DNA of 64,000 nucleotides from Hamiltosporidium tvaerminnensis FI-OER-3-3 (Eukaryota; Fungi; Microsporidia): contig JAKIMF020000005.1 of NCBI GenBank assembly GCA_022605425.2, positions 620,001 to 684,000 on the forward strand. Direction: 5' to 3'. The notes beneath the pieces were generated by a model. It ran no database searches, was not told the DNA's origin, and saw nothing but the letters and a program-made list of their open reading frames with translations. A program made the position numbers and the translations under genes. Positions 1-12,255 of this stretch are shown in pieces. Within the stretch, counting starts at the first letter, position 1. Each line of letters starts with the position of its first letter.

Positions 1-1362
1 TCTCTCAGTATCTTCTTTTATAACCGATTTTCTTTAAATTTTGATTGAAATTTTGAAATTCTTGATTCCTTTTGTAACTGGTTGGTTATTAACTGTACCG
101 TTTATTGATTATCCTTTTACGCATTTATCTATATAAGTGATAATATCTTTGTACTAAATAAGTCTCTACTGTTTCTTATGCAGTCCAATTTGGATTTTTT
201 TAATCCTTATTTGCGTTTTTTATTGTTATAAAATATTTTTTTAAATCCAATAAAGATATATAAATATCTCTGTTTCGATTTGAATTTACAGATTTTAAAC
301 ACCTATCAGAAATATAATATTAGTACAGAGTGTTTTAAAATATCTTTATAGTTCTTTTGATTTAATATTCTGCTTAATTCTTCTGTATATATTCTCCAAT
401 ATATTTTCTTAGCTACATCTATAAAATAATTGATTTACCCCTTTACATAGTTAAAACCATTGTCTCTTTTCCCCATTTCTGTGCTTATCAAAAAAATGTG
501 CTTCATTCTTGCGTTATCTAAACATATTTCAATCAATTGAATTGCTTATATTTTGATTTTTTGGATCATTTGAATTTTAATAAAAAAAAATAAAATTCTT
601 GGGTGGTTTGAATAATATTTGTTATTTTGAGGTATAAAAACAAACTTAATTTGAAATTATACCTTCTTTTTAAAACACTGGCACGTTTTATATTGTTTTC
701 ATTACATTAACAAATTCTAGGTTTGACATAAATAATTGTTACCCCAAAAATATTATCCCCTACAATACCTAAACACCATAGCCTTCTATTCATAAGGTAG
801 GAATAATCTATCGAATAGGTGTAATAGTCGTCGGAAGCTTAAGAATCTAAGTTTAATAAACTGTAAACACGAATACAAACCTACATTGGGCCCCTTCTGA
901 ACCATGCAGCATTCCTATTAACTCTACACTTTCTGAACCTAATAAACTTCTATCTAAGATATATCTCAGGGACTTATACTTGGGTCACCTAGACATTCCA
1001 ATATCATACCAACAAGTAACCCTGGTGTTATCTTTTAGGCTTTAAAGGGTATTATTTTTGTATCTCCTTGACCCAAATCTTCTAAATCGAGTGAGCTCGG
1101 CTAAGTTTCTATCTTTTACATGGTAATTACCTACAATATAGGCTGCAGTCTGCGATCTAGTTACATAAAAAACTACAAATTAAAGTTGCAAAAAAAGGTT
1201 TTTCTATTCTATAGGCCTTCTTCTCTTCATAAAAACCCCCATGGAACAAATGTAAATATAATGTAATTCCATTTCCACCTAAAAATTAACGCAGGTTTCA
1301 AACATCAATTTCAACTAATTGTTGTTAAGCAGATAATTTTTATTCAGTTATTCTTCCTCCTA
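1..1362 (-). mobile_element. Decayed APE-type LINE, 5' portion (family A), truncated by window start
   Basis: Reverse complement aligns by eye to 12256-13400 and 24190-24690 (e.g. tttctgaacctaataaacttct, gtctgcgatctagttacataaaaa). Minus strand has broken APE-like motifs GVTIIYVKP (~715-745) and IIFLIG.(L)N (~295-325), with many stops. Confidence 0.6.
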
Positions 1363-2056
1363 TATAAGCTCTGTCTATCTTTATTCTTAAATAAGAAGTC
1401 TAAAGTGCTAGTTTTAAGTCTTAAAGAAATCAAAACTCAAGACCTGAGAATCGCTAAAAAAATGTTGTATTGATATTTGTAGAAATAAATGACAATAATA
1501 CGTTTATACGGTTGTAAATAATAAAATAGATAAATAAAAGTAAAATGAGCAAAGAGGAACAAAAATTAAAAAAAATATTTAAAACTTTACAGAACAAAAT
1601 TAAATTTGAAATAATCAGATTAAAAAAGATTTAATTAAACTATCAATTAAATATAAACTATGAAGCTATAGAACTAGTATTAAACGTTCTTAATCATAAA
1701 TATCTTATTAATAATTTTTGATCAGAAATTTATCTGGGAGTGAATTAGAAAAGCATTTTCTAGGTTTAATAAATGTATTTTTTACTCATTTTTTTCTTTA
1801 TTATATTAAGTAAGCATCCTATTTTATATTTGAAGTTAAATCTTATAAAAATTTATATTTATTATTTAATTTAATTTAAATGATGCTTTCTTTAAAACCA
1901 ACTTAAGATTGTGATAAATCGAATGATATATAATCTGCACTAAGATAAGTGAAATAGTATTATAAATTCACTTATAGACAATTAGATAGAAAAAGATCAA
2001 TAAAGAAATATCTTTAATAATTTTTAAGTCAATTATTTTCACTTTTTAAAGAAACT

Positions 2057-2290
2057 AGGTGGAGAAGGAATACCCAAAAAGGAAAGTTTGTTTTTTAATG
2101 AGTATTTATAACTTGTTTTGAAATCATTGCTGCCATTGTGGTGAAATATAAACCAAACCGAAACTATAGGCCAATCCCCTATAATCTCGAGTTACAACAG
2201 ATTAAAAAAATAACTGGAGAACCTTCATTTGTTAATCCTCGACGTTGGAAGGTAAAATAGAAACGGAATGAGTATATTAGAGAAACTCAT
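2057..2290 (+). repeat. Dispersed repeat family B (LINE-like 5' end with shared head)
   Basis: cattgtggtgaaatataaacc...tataggccaatcccctataat recurs with divergence at ~14884, ~34110 and ~42020. Confidence 0.7.
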
Positions 2291-2299
2291 AAAGCTAAT

Positions 2300-3100
2300 T
2301 GGTCAATTTTGGGTTTGTTTTAACTCTTCTGAAGATTTATCCAATTTTAACATATTCGGAGCGGTTTTTAAGTAAATTGATTCTGTATCTTCAAGTTAAA
2401 ATAAATTTTAATCTTTTTTTCGGAAATTGTTTTGGAAATTTATTCCATGCCACACCGCTCATGCACCAACATATTTCGGTTCTTTTAACAAAATAAATTA
2501 AATTTTTGGCTTTCTAGCTTAAATTTTAGCTTTTTTATAAGATCCTTTATTAATACTATTCCCGGAGATTTGCGAAAATCGAACTGAGTTTGTTCTGCGT
2601 TGTAATTGAAAGAAATTAAAAACTTAAGTTTACACATCGACATTGTTTACAAGAATGTGTTACTGCATTATGACTCTATTAAGCTTCTTTGTGGTGCTTT
2701 TCTTTTAAAAAATTTTTAAAACCCAAATTTTACTTTTTTTTAGAATAACTAACTATTTTTTCCCATAGAAGAACTGTTTATATAACACTATTCAAGAAAG
2801 CTAGAAAAATACATAATCACATTTTCTTATTTCAATGGTCGGACAAATGATAAATATTTTACATCACCATTATTGTTTGGTCTAAATTTTTTATTAAATA
2901 AATTTTTATGGCATTTGTATTTTCCTTTATTTTTCAACACAAAATTCTTATGTTTTTTGTTGTTACTGGTTCGCTTTGTAATACTCATTCCAAAATATCA
3001 TAAAAATACTATCATTTAGTAATAATGAATATAAAATAGAATTTTTAGAAATATTTGCGAAGTATATCTTGAAACCCTAACATAATTATCAGACCGATCA
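2300..3100 (-). mobile_element. Possible highly decayed Ty3/Gypsy RNaseH-integrase relic
   Basis: Minus-strand fragments LSDH (TDH-like) and VHERCG (integrase zinc-finger H..GH-like) in the expected order; no open frame. Confidence 0.25.
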
Positions 3101-3348
3101 TTTTAGTTTGGTTTGATTATAAATCTGTATAAAAAAAGAATAAGATGAAAATTTGTTTTTTATGGTATATTAAACAACTCGTGTTTATAGAATTAAAAAC
3201 GGCAGGTATCAAAAAAAATTGTATAAATACATTTAAATTCTTAAGATTTTTATTGGATATTGCAAATCATACTTTTCAAAATTCAATGCAGAGTAGATCA
3301 ATATCAGTAAAAGAAATCAATAGAAGAAACTTGTTATGATATTTATTT

Positions 3349-5655
3349 CTAAAACAACCTAGAAAACCTTAGACCAAACTCTTCATGAATCAAAGTTTTA
3401 TACTCCAGAAACTTTTCAATATCGATTTCTGCAACTGATGAAAAAGCCTTAAGAAAATAAATTATATCGATTTTGACACGGAAACTATAAAAATATACTT
3501 TTTTCAGAGACTTAAGTTTTAAAAAAAATAGAAAATCACAATAATTAAATTCTATATCAGGTAGTCTTAATTCTTGTAATGAATATTTAAGTTTACAATC
3601 AAAAATTTCAGAGAATGATATTACTTTAATTTTGCAACTTAGCGAAAAATAAATATGAGTAAGATTTGTGTATTTTTCCAATGCAAGATAATCGTTTTTT
3701 CCTATTTTTATTCCATTAAATATAATTTTTTTAAGATTAACAAAAGGTTGATCATGAAAAATTTTATAGACTGTACCTTCTGGATAGTCGAAACCAAAAT
3801 TAAACTCTGAAAGATTTCTAAAAATTGAAAATTTGGGTAAAGAATCCGTAAAATAATGCTTAACAGAATACTTTAATTGAGTTAAATTGATAAAGCTTGA
3901 ATTCATACAATCTAGCTTTGAGAAAAGAGAATTTTTATCTTTCAAATTACATGAAATTTCCAAATTTTTCAAAGCAATCATTTTAAATATATATTTTAAA
4001 AAATAATCTTTATTTTCAATCAAAGAGACTCGATAGTACAATTTTTCTATTTTTGTGTTTTCACTAAAGGTAATCTCACGATCATTAAATATAATTGAAC
4101 AGTCATGAATAAATAGGCTTTTTAAAGAAGGAAATAATAAAATCTTTGCTAAAAATATATCTGTTATTGTTGATCTAACAAGCCTCATATGTATTATATT
4201 GCTAAATAAATCCGTATCGAGTAAATTGAAATCTTTAATATAGGTATCAGTAAATATTATCGTTATATTTTTTAAATCTTTTAAATTTATAGTATAAAAC
4301 TCAAATGATATCAAAGGATTTGTTAATTCGACATAAATGAAAGCATTAAACGGAAATTCTATTATTTTAAGCTTTTCTATTATGCTTAGTTCTTGGTAAA
4401 ATATGATATTCATTTCAGTGTGCCAATCTATACAAGGCAAGTTTGTATCGCGACCTAAAATCCGTGATTGGTTTTCTTTGTTGTATATCTCGATTTCGAA
4501 TCTCGAAAAGAAGTTCTGAAATAAAGACTCAACTCCTAAATTCATAAAAATCGATATCAACTCATGTTTAGTAGCATCGTAATTTAATATTTTTACTTTA
4601 AGATTTCTTAAAAATGAAATTTCATCTTTAATAGTAAACTTACAATGTATTATTGTCAATATTTTCGGATTGGTTGCAATATCTAAAGTATAAATTTTTT
4701 GTATTAAAAAGTCGGTTTGAAAACATTCAAAAAAAAATATTTCATCAAGATTATTGAATAAACACAAATCAAAGAAGGTATTAAATCTACTTAAATAAGA
4801 TATTTTGTACATAAAAATGCTTCGAAAGTGATGAATAGAAAAAATAATATGAATTATTTTAGAAAAATTATCTATTTTTAAATATTTTTCTAAGATTTCA
4901 TCTATAATATAATTATCAAGGTACAAATAATCTTCATTTAAGTTTATAAAATCAAGATTATAATATTTAGTCAAGGCCATGGCAATAGAAATATCTTTTA
5001 TTTTGTTAAGTGTTTTCTTAGAGAACAGATATAATTTAAATAATTGCACAATAATTCTTTTTGATAAATAACCAGGAAATGAATATATGTTTGCTTTTAA
5101 TAAGCCATTCAATTTACTTGTGGGTTTTATGTTTATCATCAAAGAAACCAATATTAATCGAATAAATTCTTCAAAAGACTTATCGTATTTGAACTTAAAA
5201 ATGTTTATTATTCTTAAAATTTTAAGATACTTACATTCGTCCATAAAATCAATTAAATATGGAAAACACATTACTATATTATAGAAATAGAGAAAATCCT
5301 CATAACTTATTGAACTCTTATTTATATAAATGCTATTCTGATGGCCTTCTATAATTTCTTCTTCATTCAAAAATTTTAAAAGGAAAGTATCTAATTCTAT
5401 TATAAATACTTGGAAATCCTTATTTTTTAAATTATATTTACCCGAAATATAGTTTATATTTGAAAAATATGAACTTGTATTGGAATTTTTATTGTTATTT
5501 ACTTTATTCTCTAATAGACTACCTTCTATATTTTCATAAAAATGTATGGCGATCGTTTTTTGTGCAAATATAATTCTATTGATGTAAAGAATAAAGAATA
5601 TAATACAGTGAATATTATTTTTCGTATAGGTTGCATTCAAAATTATTTCTCTCAT
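3349..5655 (-). CDS. Secreted BTB-like + LRR family protein, subfamily A (768 aa)
   Basis: Long ORF. Hydrophobic N-terminus ending IIFA-QKTIAIHFY; LxxLxL-type repeats in the C-terminal half; clear paralog of 7028, 36664 and 62992. Confidence 0.85.
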   Translation of the reverse strand: MREIILNATYTKNNIHCIIFFILYINRIIFAQKTIAIHFYENIEGSLLENKVNNNKNSNTSSYFSNINYISGKYNLKNKDFQVFIIELDTFLLKFLNEEEIIEGHQNSIYINKSSISYEDFLYFYNIVMCFPYLIDFMDECKYLKILRIINIFKFKYDKSFEEFIRLILVSLMINIKPTSKLNGLLKANIYSFPGYLSKRIIVQLFKLYLFSKKTLNKIKDISIAMALTKYYNLDFINLNEDYLYLDNYIIDEILEKYLKIDNFSKIIHIIFSIHHFRSIFMYKISYLSRFNTFFDLCLFNNLDEIFFFECFQTDFLIQKIYTLDIATNPKILTIIHCKFTIKDEISFLRNLKVKILNYDATKHELISIFMNLGVESLFQNFFSRFEIEIYNKENQSRILGRDTNLPCIDWHTEMNIIFYQELSIIEKLKIIEFPFNAFIYVELTNPLISFEFYTINLKDLKNITIIFTDTYIKDFNLLDTDLFSNIIHMRLVRSTITDIFLAKILLFPSLKSLFIHDCSIIFNDREITFSENTKIEKLYYRVSLIENKDYFLKYIFKMIALKNLEISCNLKDKNSLFSKLDCMNSSFINLTQLKYSVKHYFTDSLPKFSIFRNLSEFNFGFDYPEGTVYKIFHDQPFVNLKKIIFNGIKIGKNDYLALEKYTNLTHIYFSLSCKIKVISFSEIFDCKLKYSLQELRLPDIEFNYCDFLFFLKLKSLKKVYFYSFRVKIDIIYFLKAFSSVAEIDIEKFLEYKTLIHEEFGLRFSRLF

Positions 5656-7027
5656 TAAATCTCGAATTTCACCAATAAAAATTATTAAGTATTAAAAATA
5701 TATATTAAAAGAACCAAATCGAATCAATTAAGAACGAAAGATGTTCTTTTAACCATCTTTATTGAAACACAAACAAAAATATTATATTAAAATTCAAAAA
5801 CAATTTTTTATATATAAGAAGTCTAGAACTAAATAGAAGAAGGAGACTTTTATAGACAATCTCTCATATTTCGTATATATTCAAGGTTTCATCTATAGTT
5901 TTTTGCTGCTATAGACAAAAATTAATTTATAATTTTAATGAAAAAAATATATATTTGATTAATTAAAATCATATAGTGATATTTGGAGGGAATATTTCGA
6001 TCTTGAAATAAGCTAGGCCATATTCATCTTCAATATGTTTTATTTCTTACGATTAATATGTTGTATGATAGCTACATTTTAGTTTACATATTAATATTAG
6101 CCATGAGATATCATTTATAGGTGGTTCGTGATTTAAATTTCGTATACTTCAAAGAGTTTTAAGTTAGGCTCCCTTTTTGTTTTCTATCATGAACTGTTTA
6201 ATGTAATTCAATATTATTTGAATTAATTTAATTATTCTTTCGCCGTGACTGTATTCCTTTTCTGATCAATATTAGATGAATTTGCTTTATATTTAGTGTT
6301 TGAATCTAATATATTTTGCTATACTAGCATATATTTATAAATATATATTATATTTCATAAGCTGGATATGAATACATGTTTGGCTTATTAAACGGGCGAT
6401 AATTTAAACATTCATAAATTTAAATATGTTTAAAACCGGTTATTTTTTGTTCTAGTTAGAACCGAATATATTCGAATTATTTGAAGGTATTATTTGCTCG
6501 TTTTTTGTATTTTATTTCGTTTCTATATATTATAAAAGCTCTGATTGGGCTTAGGATATTTGCATTGTTAGTCAAAATTTTCGCTAATTTCTTAAAACAA
6601 TCATTTTTCCACTTGAAATGTATTTTTAGTTGGAGTTAGAAATCTTTCGGGCATTTTACTCCGTAAATTACACGTTTGAATGTCCCAATATTTATTTAAA
6701 GTTTGTTTGATTGTATTCTCATTTTTGTATAAAGAAATAATTTAAAATCACTTTTTAAGTACTACAGACAAAATAAATATCTCTATTATTTAGGTATATA
6801 ACTTGTCATCCAGTAAATCTTTATATTTCTATTTAACTTATCGTTTAGGTTATAAAATAAAGGATTATTACCTAGATTATACAAATATTAAGGTTTGGGT
6901 TTATGGAATTTTATATCGTCTATCATAAGACTTTTTGATTGTTTGGAAAACTATACCGAAAACACCCTAGAAATTTTTAAACTGTGGAGAAACAGCAAAA
7001 AATATGTTTTAATAAAAAATACCGGTA

Positions 7028-9364
7028 TTAAATCGCGGCTAAACCAAATCCTTCAACAATTTGATTCTTGAACTGAAATACATTTTTTATAGTAATTTTT
7101 ACACCAGAAGAAAAGACTTTGAGTAAAAATATAATATTATTTTTGTTTATAAAGCCATGAACGTATATTTTTTTAAGAAATTTAAGCCTCATAAGAAATT
7201 GTAAATCACAATATGTATATTCCATATTAGGAAATCTTAATTCTTCTAATAAATATGAATTATTTGAATCAAAAAGATTACAGAATGATATTTCTGTAAA
7301 TTTGCAATTTTCATTGAAATACAAAAGAGTAAGATTCCTCAAATCTTTTAGTGCATTTGCATCTTTTATACCTACAGTAATATCGTTAAAGGTTAATGAT
7401 CTAAGATAAACAAAATTTTTTTTAAAAAATATATTATACAGTGTACCTTCAGAACATTCGAAACTGAAATTAAAGTGTAAAAGATTTGGAAAAATAGAAT
7501 AAAATGGTGTGTAATCATTATTATAATATTTAACTGAATATTTTAAATTGGTTACATTGATCATAATTAGATTTTCATCATAAAATTTTGGTTCAAAAAT
7601 ATTTGTAATTTGTGTGTAACAACTTATTTCGAATTCTTTTAAAGCATCCAATTTATAAATAAAATCAAATACGCATTTTTTATTATTTACACGCGATTCG
7701 TTACAACAAAAGCTTTCTATTTTATAATTTCTATCAAACTCAACTTTTTCCTTAGAAAAAATAATTTCAGATTTGGAAATAAATAGTCTTTTTAAAGAAG
7801 GAAACAATAGTACTTTAGACAAAAAAATATCATTTAGTATGGAATTGTATATGCGCATGGTTACTATATTAGTTAAAATTTCTATATTGGTATAAATTTC
7901 TCTATTATTCAAAATTTCTAATTTTTTTAAGTTAAAATCGTTAAGATTCGTATATGAAAACTCTATCGTTATATTTTGAAACTCTTTATAATTCATTAAA
8001 TAAAAAGAAAATTTTATAAATGAATTTGTCACTTCCATATAAACAAATTCCTGAAACGGAAATTTTATATTTATCAACCTTTCTATTTTACTTTTTTCTT
8101 GATGACATTTTAGATCAATTCTTGTGTTTTGGTCATAACACGGACAATCACTATCTCGATAATAAATATTTGATTCGTTTTCTTTATTGTATATTTGTTC
8201 TTTGAATTTATAAAAAATATTACACAATGGTGATTCTGGGCCAAATTTTGAAAATTTAGTTGCTGAATTATATTTTGATACAACATAATAGAATTTTTCG
8301 ACATTTAGTGTTTCAAACCATGAAATTTCATCTTTAATAGTAAATTTCGAATCAATAATACTCAATGTTTTTAAAGGTATGAATTTCCTAAATTCATATA
8401 TTTTTTGGATTAAAATTTCGGTATTTAAACACTCTAATAAAAAAATTTCATCACAATTTTTAAACAGACATAAATCCAATAAACAATTATACTTACAGTT
8501 GTAATTTATCTTAAATAGCAACAAACGTTTAAAGATATGAATCTTAAAAATTGTATTAAATATTTTTTGAAAACTTTTTATATTTTTGTGTATTTTTAAT
8601 ATTTCTTGTAAAATATCATTATAAATATATAGGAAATCCTCTTTTGTGTTTATAATCACAAATTTATACAATTTTATCGATTCTAATATACGAGAAATGT
8701 CTCTTATCTTATTCGATGTTCTATTGTCAATAAAATACAATCTAAAAAATTCTAAAATGACTTTTTTAGAAATAGCATCATTAACTAAATAGACGTTTTT
8801 TGTTTTTGAAAATACGTTCCATTTTTCTAGATCTACTAGATTAAATACAACAGAAGCAAGCATATACCGAATAAAATCTATAAATAACTTATCATTTTTA
8901 AACTTAAAAATATCTATTATTCTAAAAATTTTAAGATATTTGCATTCATTAATATTCTCGATCAAATACGGAAAACTCATTACTATATTATAGAAATATA
9001 CAAAATCATCATAATTTAATAAATTATTATTTATATAAATATTATATTGTTGGTTTTCTGGTATTTCATCTTCATTCAAAAATTTTAATGGAAAAATATT
9101 TATATCTATTATAAATATCTGCGAAATCTTATTCTTAATATCGAAAAGAGAAATATCACGTTTCTCTAATGTGGATTGAGATAAAACTTCGGAATAAATA
9201 TAATTATTTAAGCTGTCTCGCTGTATTTTTGTTTCGACAGATCTATAGAAGTGTATAGCGATTGTTTTCTGCGGAAATATTACTTTGAGAGTAATTAATA
9301 AAACAAATAACAAAGAATTTAGATTCAAATTTCTATTAGTTACGATTTGATTACCTTCTCTCAT
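7028..9364 (-). CDS. Secreted BTB-like + LRR family protein, subfamily A (ATG at 9364 rather than TTG at 9385)
   Basis: Tandem paralog of 3349-5655 (QKTIAIHFY, ECKYLKI, FTIKDEIS, ILLFPSLK/VLLFPSLK, LQELRLP/LEELRFP). First in-frame ATG gives MRE, as in the paralog. Confidence 0.85.
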   Translation of the reverse strand: MREGNQIVTNRNLNLNSLLFVLLITLKVIFPQKTIAIHFYRSVETKIQRDSLNNYIYSEVLSQSTLEKRDISLFDIKNKISQIFIIDINIFPLKFLNEDEIPENQQYNIYINNNLLNYDDFVYFYNIVMSFPYLIENINECKYLKIFRIIDIFKFKNDKLFIDFIRYMLASVVFNLVDLEKWNVFSKTKNVYLVNDAISKKVILEFFRLYFIDNRTSNKIRDISRILESIKLYKFVIINTKEDFLYIYNDILQEILKIHKNIKSFQKIFNTIFKIHIFKRLLLFKINYNCKYNCLLDLCLFKNCDEIFLLECLNTEILIQKIYEFRKFIPLKTLSIIDSKFTIKDEISWFETLNVEKFYYVVSKYNSATKFSKFGPESPLCNIFYKFKEQIYNKENESNIYYRDSDCPCYDQNTRIDLKCHQEKSKIERLINIKFPFQEFVYMEVTNSFIKFSFYLMNYKEFQNITIEFSYTNLNDFNLKKLEILNNREIYTNIEILTNIVTMRIYNSILNDIFLSKVLLFPSLKRLFISKSEIIFSKEKVEFDRNYKIESFCCNESRVNNKKCVFDFIYKLDALKEFEISCYTQITNIFEPKFYDENLIMINVTNLKYSVKYYNNDYTPFYSIFPNLLHFNFSFECSEGTLYNIFFKKNFVYLRSLTFNDITVGIKDANALKDLRNLTLLYFNENCKFTEISFCNLFDSNNSYLLEELRFPNMEYTYCDLQFLMRLKFLKKIYVHGFINKNNIIFLLKVFSSGVKITIKNVFQFKNQIVEGFGLAAI

Positions 9365-11060
9365 CCTACCCTTATATTTTTCCAATTAATTTAATATAAA
9401 TTAATGAAGTAAATTATTTTTTTTAATCGATGATAAGAAATATAGATTGATAATTAATGTAAAAGTGTGCGGTTTTTTTTAATCTGATGATAAAGATTAA
9501 ATACTTTTTTAGTTTTTACTTTTTCTTTATTAAAAAGTTTTCTAATAATTTATTAATTCATTATTTTTATAATCTTACATAGCTTAATTATAAAGTTTAT
9601 ACAAAAAGATATTCTCTAGATTTGAACACAAATATATGATAATATAAAATTTTTGGTTTTTACTTGACAAATAATATTGCAGAAAAATAAAAAAAGGTGT
9701 ATAAATTTGCTTTTGAATAATATATTTAATCATATAACGTATAACCTTTGTATCTAGTAAAATCATTTTGCTGTTTTTTTTATTGGATTAATTGTCTATA
9801 ATTTATAACTTTGCTTTAAATACTACTAACCGAGGCCAAAGCTTTTGAAGATCCCCAACGGCCCAACGATCTTTCCCTATTCTATGCCTTTGTCTTTAAT
9901 CGCCTTCTATAAAGCATTCTGAGGTCTTTTTCCGCAGACATTTTTGTGTTATGAAACTTTGCTTCCAATATTTTCAAAATCGATATTAAAACTTCGTATC
10001 AAATTTTTATAGGTATTTGTGCAGAATAGGTGTAGGATTTTGTGTAAGTCTATTTTTACATCGGGTTACTCATACTCTTAAAAAAATTAGTTCACATAAT
10101 ACCTCCTTACTTGTTTGATGGTATTGAATATATTTAATTCAATTTATTTTGACTATTTCTATCGAATATCTTTGCTATCTGCTGTAATTGAGCTTTCTAG
10201 AAATAAATTTAATATTTTGCAAATATATTCTAAATAATAATAAATAGATAATCGGGTTTTTAAGATAAATATAAAAACCTAAAATTATCAGCAACAAAGT
10301 GATTCCCAATCAATTTTTTCAATTAAAACACTTCAAAAGAGTTATTTAAGAAATTTAGACTTTAATGAACATCATCATATAATTTTCCTATTCCCAATGT
10401 ATATTTGATCAATCCTTTTGAATTTTGAAAGTATATTTTATTATGCCATTAAATTAGTAATAATTTAACTTATTTATAAGAAATTCATTAATAGTAACTT
10501 ATTTATAAGAATTTTTAAAAATTCGCCATCCACCATTCGTTAAAAGACTTTTATTTATGTTTATTTAAGGAAAAAACACGAGAATAATCTTATTATTTTT
10601 GGTTTTCTATTTAGTCATTTCAGATATTTTAATAGTATTCAATTTAGTTAACAAATATAATTATCCAGGTGTAACTAATTATAAAATTTAATTTCTGATT
10701 TTAGTAATAGCTCTCTGTTTTGTATAGTAATATACGAGCTTATTTCCGAGTTTAATATTCAAAATTTTAAGCTCTTTAAAACAACCAAACTCAATTTTTT
10801 TTATTGTGTAATATTTAAACCAAAATTTAGTTTTCTAATTTTATTTTTTTTATTAATAAGTAAGTTTAGTTCTATTAAAGCGCCTCTTGTTACATTTGAG
10901 TTTTGATTTTTAATTGTGAAAAGAGACTTCAAAATAAAATCTTAGGAGATTCTATCGTTTAAATATATATTTTAATTTTTTTATTGCAAAAAGCTTTACC
11001 TTAAAATAACTAGAATTAAAATTAAATAAATAACTTAAAGATCCATTCATATTTATTGTT

Positions 11061-12053
11061 TCAGTTCAAATAATTTTTTGGGATCAAAGTTACAAAATAT
11101 TTTTCGGTTCCGTATTTTTCTTTAACTCTTTTTATAAATTCATCACTTATTTCAATGATTTTAGATCTTATTTCTTGATTTTCTCCCCAGAAAAAAGCAA
11201 CACGACACATTTCTATCAATTCTTTATGTTCTTTACTATCTAAAGACACCTTGGGTTTATCTTCATCAATTTTTAAATTTAAATTACATTTTAAATTTAC
11301 TGTTTTTGGAAATGAAAATTCGTTAGAAATTTGATTTTCTATCGAAGTAGATTCGTCATTAAACGGATATATCGGTTCAAAATCAACAATTTTTTCTTCC
11401 AAATTCTTTTCCTCTACAACTAACTCATGTACATCACCTATTTCCATAACACTTTTACTATTCAATCTGCTACTAAAATTCATCTCGTTTTGCGCTAAAA
11501 TTTCTGAAATAATTCTGTCCACACTGTTTTTGTCGTTCCGTACATCAAAAAAATACGACTGCTTGTAAATATTATTAAATTGGTTCAATGTTACATTCAT
11601 CTTGACATAACAACTATACAATATTTCATTATCAGCCAACATACTCACAACACTACCCACATTATTTTCACTCTTATAATTTTGTAAATACTCGTTTACC
11701 ATCTTCCCACGCATCTGCCAATACGTGTCTTCTCCAAAATACTTACTCACAATTTCATATTCCCCTTTACACCCACTTTTTAAAATATCACTTTTTATCT
11801 TTTTTTCATTTATTACGTTCATCATTATTAAATTCTTAAAAAAGTCTCGGATGTGTAAATTTGTAAATTTTAGTGTATAAGACTCGTCAGAAGATATTTT
11901 TAAACAGTAAAAATCTGTACTGTCTTTGGTATGAAGAGATTTTATTGAAGTAAAACTTATTTTTATGTTTTGTGGCTCAAATATAAGAAATGTAGATGTA
12001 AATGATATAGAAGATTGCTCGTTTTCAATAAATATTGGTACTGAAACGTGCAT
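11061..12053 (-). CDS. TFB1: TFIIH p62 subunit (PH domain + two BSD domains)
   Basis: PH end LKFTNLHIRDFFKNL; BSD1 EYEIVSKYFGEDTYWQMR (cf. LYKDLV....AEEFWANR); BSD2 ending YKQSYFF (cf. FFQSHYF); C-terminal ELIEMCRVAFFW (cf. ELLRHFW). CCACCC immediately before ATG. Confidence 0.75.
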   Translation of the reverse strand: MHVSVPIFIENEQSSISFTSTFLIFEPQNIKISFTSIKSLHTKDSTDFYCLKISSDESYTLKFTNLHIRDFFKNLIMMNVINEKKIKSDILKSGCKGEYEIVSKYFGEDTYWQMRGKMVNEYLQNYKSENNVGSVVSMLADNEILYSCYVKMNVTLNQFNNIYKQSYFFDVRNDKNSVDRIISEILAQNEMNFSSRLNSKSVMEIGDVHELVVEEKNLEEKIVDFEPIYPFNDESTSIENQISNEFSFPKTVNLKCNLNLKIDEDKPKVSLDSKEHKELIEMCRVAFFWGENQEIRSKIIEISDEFIKRVKEKYGTEKYFVTLIPKNYLN

Positions 12054-12255
12054 GGGTGGTATAATTTTTTAAAACAAAAATTTTAAAATAATTTATCTGT
12101 GCTTATATAAAAAAATATTTTTTTACATTTACAAACTAATATTTTTCTATTCTTTCATAAATTTAGAATTTAATAGATTACTACATCAGTAAATCTTGGC
12201 GAAGCAAAAAAATTTTCTAATATTTATACTTTTTACTTTCTTATTTCTTATAATT

